This document shows, piece after piece, positions 41,718 to 48,859 of a stretch of 53,315 nucleotides of DNA; positions within the stretch are counted from its first letter, which is position 1; every line of letters begins with the position of its first letter. The position numbers and the translations under genes were made by a program. Under the pieces are notes generated by a model that saw nothing but the letters and a program-made list of their open reading frames with translations, did not search any database and had not been told where the DNA came from. This stretch comes from Cyanobacteriota bacterium (GTDB taxonomy: Bacteria; Cyanobacteriota; Cyanobacteriia; Cyanobacteriales; Nostocaceae), in assembly GCA_046045965.1 (NCBI GenBank), contig JBJOKS010000030.1, forward strand, positions 1 through 53,315, read 5' to 3'.

Positions 41718-42791
41718 TTAAAGATTAGTAGGTACAGAATAGCTGGTAGCATTCAATTGTAGAACTGCACAAGCACCTCTATGGTTAGGAGCATAACCCC
41801 AGCCGTCACTCATCACAGTATTCTCTAAAGCAAAGCTAGATTTAACTTCAGTTTGTAACCCAGCTAAACTTGCAATAGCAGGAATTCTACTGAGGAAAGG
41901 TGCTTTGTTAGCTCCTCCATCAACACCACAACAAATTGCATAACCTACAGGAACAATGGGTGTTTTAACAATAGGAACATTACTAATGAAACCAACTAAA
42001 CCCTCCCAAGGAGATAGCTGTCTCATTCTTTCATTTGTAACTCCACCAGTAGCAATTTCAAGGTTACGTCCAATTTGGTTTTCTGCTGGTACAAAACCAC
42101 TTAAAGCTTCCAGAGAATATTCATAATCAGAAATCCATATTTCTAATTGCTTGTAACCATGATGTCTAATTTTATCAATTAGCTTTGTGCGTATCTCAGA
42201 TACAGTAGGACTACCAGCAACAGCAACAGCATTGTAATGTTGTAAATCTCCAGGTTGGAAACTATAGCCATTTACAGCAGGTGCAGCAACAGAACTATCA
42301 GAATTATAGAAAGGAATAGTAGTAGTTTGATATTTGTTAATTGAGTCAATTACTACTCTGTTAGTGTTGTTGAAAATAGCTTGACGTAATGCACTAAATC
42401 TAGCTTTTTGGAAAGAGGTTAATTTAGCTTGTACATACCCAGCCAACTCATCAGAAGTCATCATTTTAACTGCTCTAGTAGAAAGAGTTAATGCAGTAAA
42501 AAACTCTTCAAAAGGAACTTCTTGAGTGTAGTCCCAAACAGTAGAGCGAGAACTAGGTCTAGCTGATTCAGTTAAACTTTCAAGTTCTTCACCATCATAA
42601 TATTTGACAACTTTCTGAGGGGTACTAATTGTTTCTACTAATGGAGAAAAGAACCTAGAGTTCATGTCATTGTAGAACATCATATCCTGGTCTAATTCTC
42701 GCAGGATAGATACTACAGATTGATTATCAATAGTTACTAACTCAGTATCATTAGAGCTAAGTTCACCAAAAAAAGTAGTTGAATAAACCAT
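41718..42791 (-). CDS. Major capsid protein (probably HK97 fold)
   Basis: 357 aa; position after portal, scaffold and cement genes; LTESARP E-loop-like and VGFISNVPIVKTPIVPVGY C-terminal patterns. Confidence 0.75.
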   Translation of the reverse strand: MVYSTTFFGELSSNDTELVTIDNQSVVSILRELDQDMMFYNDMNSRFFSPLVETISTPQKVVKYYDGEELESLTESARPSSRSTVWDYTQEVPFEEFFTALTLSTRAVKMMTSDELAGYVQAKLTSFQKARFSALRQAIFNNTNRVVIDSINKYQTTTIPFYNSDSSVAAPAVNGYSFQPGDLQHYNAVAVAGSPTVSEIRTKLIDKIRHHGYKQLEIWISDYEYSLEALSGFVPAENQIGRNLEIATGGVTNERMRQLSPWEGLVGFISNVPIVKTPIVPVGYAICCGVDGGANKAPFLSRIPAIASLAGLQTEVKSSFALENTVMSDGWGYAPNHRGACAVLQLNATSYSVPTNL

Positions 42792-42818
42792 ATATTTTTA
42801 GATAATTAATTATTTGAA

Positions 42819-43232
42819 TTAAACAGAAATTTTAACTTTGTTAGCAGTGAGAGCAATCCCAACTTTCTTAGTTCCTGTACCTGCTACAATCCCAGCAGCA
42901 CCAGCATAGACAACTGTGCCAGGAGTCAACCCTAAAGTAGTACCTTTATTTTCAATAATGCAATCACTATCAATTGCTAAAGTTGTACCTGCTTTTCTAC
43001 TGTATCTAGCCACTCCTATAGGCTCAAGAGAAGCAGTACATAGGATTGCTTGACCTGAAGAATTAACAGCTACTACTGCACCTTCTGGAATGTCTACTGC
43101 ACACACTAAATTAACAATAGAACCATCCAAATGAGATGAGTTAATAAATCTATAAAGGACTGTATTGTAAGCTACGTTTTGCATAATTTTAAAATGTATA
43201 AATAGATAAATTAAATTTAATAACCACGCCAA
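42819..43232 (-). CDS. Capsid cement/decoration-like protein
   Basis: Small G/A-rich beta protein (GAVVAVNSSG, PIGVA, LTPGTVVYAGAAG, KVGIAL); start may be the internal MQNVAY. Confidence 0.6.
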   Translation of the reverse strand: MAWLLNLIYLFIHFKIMQNVAYNTVLYRFINSSHLDGSIVNLVCAVDIPEGAVVAVNSSGQAILCTASLEPIGVARYSRKAGTTLAIDSDCIIENKGTTLGLTPGTVVYAGAAGIVAGTGTKKVGIALTANKVKISV

Positions 43233-43597
43233 GGTTTAACTTTGCGTTCTTCTTCAGCAGAAGTTTTACTAACAGATACTCCAGGCTTTGTAACCATAGA
43301 TTTACTATTATTAGTAGAGTTTTTAGTTAAAGCAGCTTGCAATGCAGTCTGTATTTTAGGAACTAAATTCTCTTTTAACTCTGCTTCTAAAGCTTGCTGT
43401 TTGGCTAACAAATCTGAAACCACTTCTTCTTGGGTAGAACCAGTTGGTTTAATACCTAACAGTTTAGCCATCCTTTGAAAATCAGGTTTAGTTTGAGCTA
43501 ATGCAGCCTCATAATCAATCTCAGGACTGGGAGGTGTAATAGCCTCTAAACCTAAATCTAATTCTTGGTTTTCTATTACTTGTGTTTGCTCATCCAT
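43217..43597 (-). CDS. Putative scaffolding protein
   Basis: Acidic N-terminus, coiled coil and basic C-terminus; lies between portal and capsid genes. Confidence 0.55.
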   Translation of the reverse strand: MDEQTQVIENQELDLGLEAITPPSPEIDYEAALAQTKPDFQRMAKLLGIKPTGSTQEEVVSDLLAKQQALEAELKENLVPKIQTALQAALTKNSTNNSKSMVTKPGVSVSKTSAEEERKVKPWRGY

Positions 43598-43599
43598 AG

Positions 43600-44952
43600 T
43601 TAGTCAATTGCGCTATCTTGAAATAATGTACTGTCATCAACATTAGGTTTATCTTTAGAGTCAGTCAAAGCAGCAGAATATTGAATGTTTAGACCTTTTT
43701 CATTATCTAACTGTTCTAGCTCTTTTAATGCTTCCTCTTCAGTTAAACCTTCAGTTTCAATTAGGTATCGCTTCCTAGAAATTAACTTATGTCTAACAGC
43801 TTCAATTTGCAGTTTCTTATCTTGTAAATCTCTAGGCATCATGTCAGGTAATTCAACCCTAAATGGAATGTCAATACCTAACTCTAGGAATATAGTTTTA
43901 ATAGCTGAAATTAAATGGTTAGCTCTGGTTAATGTACTTTTTTGCAATGGTTCATACAAAACAGAAAGAGAAGATGAACTAGAAGCTGACCTAGCATTCT
44001 GTAGCTCTAAAACCATTACTCCAGTTAGATTATAAATATCTTGGAGAATGATTAATCTTTGCCTTTCTAAGTATGGGCTATCAATTGGTTGTAGGTATCC
44101 AATTTTAGGAACTATCCCCAATTCAGCAGCAGCATTAGAGATAGGAAGATGGAGAATTGAAGCACCATCATTAGTAAATGCTGTTTGGAAAGCTGCACTA
44201 CCTGTAGGTGAATCTACACTCTCAAGTTGACTTGAATTAGTTCTACCAATAATAGCAGGTGCAGATGTTCCAATTGTGTAGACTTGAGGTTTATGATGTT
44301 TGCCATTAAGATTAATTCTAGACCTGACTTCACAATACTCAAGCTGCAAATGAATTAATCTTTCAATAGCAGACTGAGCAGTGCGTCCATCCAAGGAATT
44401 CACTAACCTAACTATAGGAATGTGATCACCTAAGTCTACTGGTTCACCTCCATCTTGTTTAACAAAATATCTATAAGATGGTAAGTTGAATAAATCTAAA
44501 CTTGACTGATTCTCTGTGGGGAGAGTCAGATAATGTTCTACCTTTACCTTTTTGTAAGTGTTAGTAACTGGGTCATAAATTTCTCTATTTTCCTTTAGGT
44601 ATACAACCTTCAATGGATCAAGAGGGTCAACCTTTACATCATCAATATCAATTGTTCTAATATGACGTAAGTTGCCATCAGAAACCTCAATATAAGCCTC
44701 TCCAAAGATGGGAACATCAGTGTAAACATCATTCAGTAAACTATAAAGTTTAATCTGCTCTAATTGAGAATTTAACTCTGATTGCTGCTCAGGATTGATA
44801 GCTAAGAATTTAATTTTCTTTGCAAACCCATCACCCAGTAAAAATGATTTAAGTTGCTCAACTACTAGCTGAATTAATTTAATTGGTAACTCTCTATTGC
44901 CAGCAGGATTTATACCTTGATAAGCATCCTTTAATTCTTGTTTGCTTGCCAT
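43600..44952 (-). CDS. Portal protein
   Basis: 450 aa, first gene of the head operon; FGEAYI, IPIVRLVN...SAIE, SASSSSSL and LISRKRYL...TEEEALKELEQL patterns resemble SPP1-type portals. Confidence 0.78.
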   Translation of the reverse strand: MASKQELKDAYQGINPAGNRELPIKLIQLVVEQLKSFLLGDGFAKKIKFLAINPEQQSELNSQLEQIKLYSLLNDVYTDVPIFGEAYIEVSDGNLRHIRTIDIDDVKVDPLDPLKVVYLKENREIYDPVTNTYKKVKVEHYLTLPTENQSSLDLFNLPSYRYFVKQDGGEPVDLGDHIPIVRLVNSLDGRTAQSAIERLIHLQLEYCEVRSRINLNGKHHKPQVYTIGTSAPAIIGRTNSSQLESVDSPTGSAAFQTAFTNDGASILHLPISNAAAELGIVPKIGYLQPIDSPYLERQRLIILQDIYNLTGVMVLELQNARSASSSSSLSVLYEPLQKSTLTRANHLISAIKTIFLELGIDIPFRVELPDMMPRDLQDKKLQIEAVRHKLISRKRYLIETEGLTEEEALKELEQLDNEKGLNIQYSAALTDSKDKPNVDDSTLFQDSAID

Positions 44953-45169
44953 TTAAAAATAAGAATTTACTTATATTTATTATATACATTAATTTGGCTG
45001 ATGAAAAGTAGGCTGAATGATAAGAAGTATAGATAGTTGGTTTAATATGTATGTTCTGTACCAGTAGGCTGGGGCAGGTGACTTATGGCGGGGGGTGTAA
45101 TAAAGTTGTCTATAATATTCAAGGTGGCAGACAGCTACCCTTTTTAATTGAATCATGCCCTTAACATTC

Positions 45170-46123
45170 AGTGGTCTTAGGATTGTGTGCGGAACTTATT
45201 CTGCCTACTTAGTAGGATGTGTGCCAGTTCCTATTCTGCCTGAGACCAAAGGTGTTTAGATGAAACCATTGAGACTTCTACATGAAAGACTCTTAGGAGG
45301 CTGACTAGTGTGGAGGTGTAGATAGTTGACTTAGTGAAAACTTCTTAGGAAGCTGATTAGCTTTGTTAACTGTCTGCAACATAGGTTGATGGGATTAAGT
45401 TCTCGCCCTGTGTTCTACAATGCGGATTAGTCTGTAGCCTATAGAAGGAATTGTAACAGTCCCAAAAGACCTCTATGGTTAGGGAAATGTTTAAGCCTTC
45501 TATACTCTCTGCAACTGTAACTCCCTCAGAAGACCCTAGTGGTTAGAGGTTGTAGTTTAAGGTAGAGAGCTGAATGGTCTGTTGCTGAAAGCTTTAGTTT
45601 AGCTAATATCTTACAGTGAAAACAATGGTTAGTAACTGTGAGGTACATGACTGCGGTAAGTTGGGAAAACAATGGTTAGTACCTAATTGCCAGAAGCAGC
45701 ATGAGCTAAACTAATTGGGCTAGTAAGCAGCAGTTGGGTGTATACTCCCTAAGTTTATAGTTAGTCACTCTTTATTCTGTTCTTCTTTAAGAGACTGTTT
45801 AGCTTCTCACCTGTAGTTATCTAAGGTCACTCACCTAGTGCTGAACGCTTCAGTGGTAAGACCTCAGTTAGCCCCTCACTAGAAGAGATATCTAGGGAAC
45901 AGCTAGGTAAACTTAGAGTACAGCTCTAGGTAACTCACTACTGAGCCTACTAAATAGATGCTTCAGTAGTCAGCCTGTAGTGTCTAGATATACAGTCTAC
46001 TTAATCTTCACTCACTAAGAGACAGTGGGAACAGTAAACAGCACATACAGGAATTAACAATCTTTAGTTTGCAAACAATCTTTATTAACACATCTCTTCA
46101 ATAGCTGTTAATAGAGTTTTTTT
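45170..46123 (+). ncRNA. Putative large (~0.9-1 kb) modular structured RNA
   Basis: ORF-free; consecutive stems with G-U pairs on the + strand, duplicated covarying modules and three loop-E motifs; TATAAT at 45111-45116 and a hairpin plus U7 at 46080-46123. Confidence 0.75.
46080..46123 (+). terminator. Putative intrinsic terminator closing the structured region
   Basis: ctttattaaca/tgttaatagag stem followed by T7. Confidence 0.5.
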
Positions 46124-46171
46124 AACAATAGACAGGCACATCAATAATCAGTAAATAAGGAAATCACAAAT

Positions 46172-46612
46172 ATGAATACATACTTTCAAGAAGCCTTAAT
46201 GGTAGTTCAATCAGAACAGTTTAGTAATGAGTTCAAGTCAACAGTTAAGTTTATTCTAAGATTAGTTAACTTATTGTTTTTAGTAATAGCTGGTTTATTT
46301 ATTTTAGTTAGGGGATTTTTCTGTAGACAGCCTAAGCATAAACAATTAACAGAAGTAACAGAAAACAGTAATGAGTCTACTAATGAGGACAGCAATGATG
46401 TAGAGACTTTAGAGGAGCAGGATATTAGTGATTCTAGTTTAGAGAATCAGACTGAGGTTGATAAATCAGGGAGGCATAAAGAGTTAAAGTTAATGAAGGC
46501 TGCTCAACTTAGACAGCTATGTGGGGCATACTCAATTGACTATAAAAATAAACTTACTGCTATTGAATCAATACTTTCACATGAATACTGTGATGTAGAA
46601 ATTCCATTCTAA
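46172..46612 (+). CDS. TM-anchored protein with acidic linker and a C-terminal HeH/Rho-N-like domain
   Basis: TM at about aa 28-50; ELKLMKAAQLRQLCGAYSI...KLTAIESIL; RBS aagga; ends EIPF. Confidence 0.6.
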   Translation: MNTYFQEALMVVQSEQFSNEFKSTVKFILRLVNLLFLVIAGLFILVRGFFCRQPKHKQLTEVTENSNESTNEDSNDVETLEEQDISDSSLENQTEVDKSGRHKELKLMKAAQLRQLCGAYSIDYKNKLTAIESILSHEYCDVEIPF

Positions 46613-46627
46613 GTTAACTCTTTTTAT

Positions 46628-46655
46628 TTAGGGAATAAATAGTTATACTCCCTAA
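46628..46655. terminator. Hairpin between convergent genes
   Basis: ttaggga...tccctaa stem. Confidence 0.5.
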
Positions 46656-46665
46656 GTTTATCTAG

Positions 46666-46806
46666 CTACTCATCTTCATGAGGATTATAATTGGGGTTGC
46701 TCAACTTAGCAGACTTATCTAAGTTCTTCTTTAGTTTCTTCCAGCTAGGGTCTTCAACAGTATTACAATACTTATTTGGTTTCTTATCTTTATTATCTTC
46801 TGTCAT
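46666..46806 (-). CDS. 46-aa hypothetical protein (below the ORF-track cutoff)
   Basis: MTEDNKDKKPNKYCNTVEDPSWKKLKKNLDKSAKLSNPNYNPHEDE*; converges on the hairpin. Confidence 0.4.
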   Translation of the reverse strand: MTEDNKDKKPNKYCNTVEDPSWKKLKKNLDKSAKLSNPNYNPHEDE

Positions 46807-46913
46807 AACTAATCCAATTTTATTACTACTTAATTAAATAACTACATGACATCTCTATAATAATAGTATATGTAGTTAATAATGTAGTTATTTATAAATC
46901 AGTTAACTAAATA

Positions 46914-47186
46914 ATGGAAATTCAATTTATAGGTGGTTTAAGGGTTTCTCATAAAGAACTAAGTAAATTGTTTAATGTTAAGCCCTCTCAACTTAAGAAA
47001 ACTATAGAACAGTATCATAAACACTTTGAAGACTATGGTTTCCTTTATGAATCAGCAGGTGAATATTACTTGAGCTATCCTCAATGTGAGGTTGCTGTTC
47101 TCTTTACTGTATCAAGTAACCTTGAGGCTAGAAGTTTATTCAGTAAACTAAACAAAGAGTTTGCTAACTTTAAGAAATCTTATTGA
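46914..47186 (+). CDS. Rha-like phage regulatory protein
   Basis: VSHKELSKLFNVKPSQLKKTIEQY...FEDYG...YYLSYPQC pattern. Confidence 0.55.
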   Translation: MEIQFIGGLRVSHKELSKLFNVKPSQLKKTIEQYHKHFEDYGFLYESAGEYYLSYPQCEVAVLFTVSSNLEARSLFSKLNKEFANFKKSY

Positions 47187-47617
47187 TTGATTGCTCTGCG
47201 TACAGGAAACCAATATAGTAGGCTGTAGTATAAGTGTACTATGCGTGATTACTAAAGTGAAGTATACTAAATATGGCACACTAAATTCAGCAGACTATCT
47301 GTAAGTTAACTAAGCTCCAGTCACCTAAATGTCAGTCAACTAATCTCAAGCAAACTCAATTCAGGCAACTAATTCTGTAGATTAGAATCACTCCACTAAA
47401 TCAAAGGCAACTGAATAAGTTATCTCTTCATTAAACAACTTAAATTTAGTTGTCTTATTGTCAAAATTTCATATTTTACACTTTACCAAGTTTTACTTCT
47501 CTGCAAGTTTTAGTCATCTGTTATTTTCTTTTATTAGGGTTAGATATATATAGGGTTTTATGTAGCGGGCTGTTTGTTAAATGCCTAGATTATGCGGGTT
47601 TTATTGTAGTGAGCTAA

Positions 47618-47646
47618 TTGACTTGTATTCTATTAAATGTTATATT
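47618..47646 (+). promoter_or_regulatory. Sigma70-type promoter for the RHH-antirepressor-Rep operon
   Basis: TTGACT, 17-bp spacer, TATATT, with extended -10 TG at 47638-47639. Confidence 0.7.
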
Positions 47647-47701
47647 ATATATAGAGTTCATTAGAACTCACTTAATAATATAACTAACTAAAATAAAGAT
47701 T

Positions 47702-47854
47702 ATGCGACTAGATAGAATTACTTCAATCAGACTATATGCAGGTCATGGTGAACAACTACAAAAGATTGCTGATTTGAAGGGGCTAGATAAAGCAGACATC
47801 ATCAGAACAGCAGTCAAAACATATTTAGACAATTACAATAGTCAATCCCTATAA
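47702..47854 (+). CDS. Ribbon-helix-helix (CopG/Arc-like) repressor, 50 aa (not in the ORF track)
   Basis: MRLDRITSIRLYAGHGEQLQKIADLKGLDKADIIRTAVKTYLDNYNSQSL*: beta strand TSIRL followed by two helices. Confidence 0.8.
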   Translation: MRLDRITSIRLYAGHGEQLQKIADLKGLDKADIIRTAVKTYLDNYNSQSL

Positions 47855-47929
47855 ATAAATAGTCTCCTTATTGAGGGAGACTTAATTAAATTACCTTTTA
47901 TAAATTAACCAATATATATATATTCTAAT

Positions 47930-48736
47930 ATGACTAACTTAAATATTTCTATTCAATCTCAGATTAAAGCTACAGTTGAGGCAGGTGGACAATTTCCAGT
48001 AGACTTTGAATTAGCTTGGCAATGGTTAGAATATTCTTCTAAGGGTAATGCTAAAAGAACTTTGACAGCTAACTTTGTAGAAGGGATAGATTATTCCTCA
48101 CTTATCACTATTGAGAAGCGAGAAATTGGGGCTACCAGAGTTGAAGAAATCTATTTAACAGCAGACTGTTTCAAACAACTTGCTATGCTTTCAGGTACAC
48201 CTAAAGGAAAGGAAGTTAGATTATACTTTATTGAATGTGAGAGACAATTAAAAGCTATTTACTCTGGTGATTATTTAGCTACATTGAAAGCTTTAGTGGC
48301 AGCACAAGAAGAGAAGCAGGCATTATTATTGAAGGCTGCCCAAGCTGAAGAGAAAGTAATTGAGTTAGCTCCTAAAGCTGAAAGTTGGGAACGACTTTGT
48401 GGCACTAATGGACTAATGACTATTGGTGAGGTTGCTAAGAATTTGGCTATCCCTGGTTTGGGTCCAAATAAGTTATTTCAATTGCTAAGAGATAAAGGAT
48501 ACATATATTATGATTATCAAGGCTGTAATGTTCCTAAATCTACTCTTGTAGAGAAAAAATATATGAAAAGTGTAGAGAAATATGACTTTAAAAGAGATAA
48601 AAAATATTCAGTATGTGCAGTTACTTATAAAGGTTATGAGTTTATAGTCAGATTGTTAAAAAGACTTGGATATATTTCTGATACTCCTGTTCCAAATGCA
48701 GGCGTGTTACCTATACCTTATCAAGTAGCAGCCTAA
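47930..48736 (+). CDS. Phage antirepressor (AntA/B-like N-terminus plus KilAC/ANT C-terminus)
   Basis: FPVDFELAWQWL...FVEGIDY...KGKEVRLYFIECE; ELAPKAE...IGEVAKNL...GPNKLFQLLRDKGYI. Confidence 0.88.
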   Translation: MTNLNISIQSQIKATVEAGGQFPVDFELAWQWLEYSSKGNAKRTLTANFVEGIDYSSLITIEKREIGATRVEEIYLTADCFKQLAMLSGTPKGKEVRLYFIECERQLKAIYSGDYLATLKALVAAQEEKQALLLKAAQAEEKVIELAPKAESWERLCGTNGLMTIGEVAKNLAIPGLGPNKLFQLLRDKGYIYYDYQGCNVPKSTLVEKKYMKSVEKYDFKRDKKYSVCAVTYKGYEFIVRLLKRLGYISDTPVPNAGVLPIPYQVAA

Positions 48737-48742
48737 ACTAAT

Positions 48743-48780
48743 AATGGAAGAAGGTCTGTCTCCTAAAACCCTCTTCCATT
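48743..48780. terminator. Hairpin after the antirepressor gene
   Basis: aatggaaga...tcttccatt stem. Confidence 0.5.
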
Positions 48781-48859
48781 TACTACAAAAATAACATATA
48801 ATACTCACCTGAATAGTAATATTATACTACAAAAATACTTATAATACAATTGAATAAAT

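Noticed and set aside
45123..45146. Terminator-like hairpin ggtggc/gctacc plus T-run
   Set aside because: It lies just after the candidate -10 box and could instead belong to a longer helix with 45072-45100. Its role is ambiguous, so it is not called.
45274..45377. Hammerhead ribozyme suggested by GAAA and CTGA motifs
   Set aside because: There is no CUGANGA core, and the junction has two helices rather than three.
45617..45681. Mini CRISPR array (17-nt repeat twice with a 30-nt spacer)
   Set aside because: The repeat is too short, there are only two adjacent copies, the flanks pair around each repeat as stems, and no cas genes are present.
45741..45752. 12-nt complementarity of the putative RNA (TATACTCCCTAA) to the phoX ribosome-binding region at 15971-15982
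   Set aside because: A 12-mer match between about 1 kb and 33 kb of AT-rich DNA is expected by chance. The same sequence also forms part of a local hairpin at 46644-46661.
45579..46000. Group I intron core (AGAGACTG at 45790 with GATATACAGTC at 45987; TTGCTGAAA/CAGCAG as P4-like)
   Set aside because: These segments are better explained by competing local helices, P3 and P6 could not be built, and no interrupted exon flanks the region. A cmscan would settle it.
44953..46171. Hidden protein gene under TAG stop-codon reassignment (the region is TAG-rich)
   Set aside because: TAA and TGA are also frequent, and element genes such as terL, rep and the permease end at TAG.
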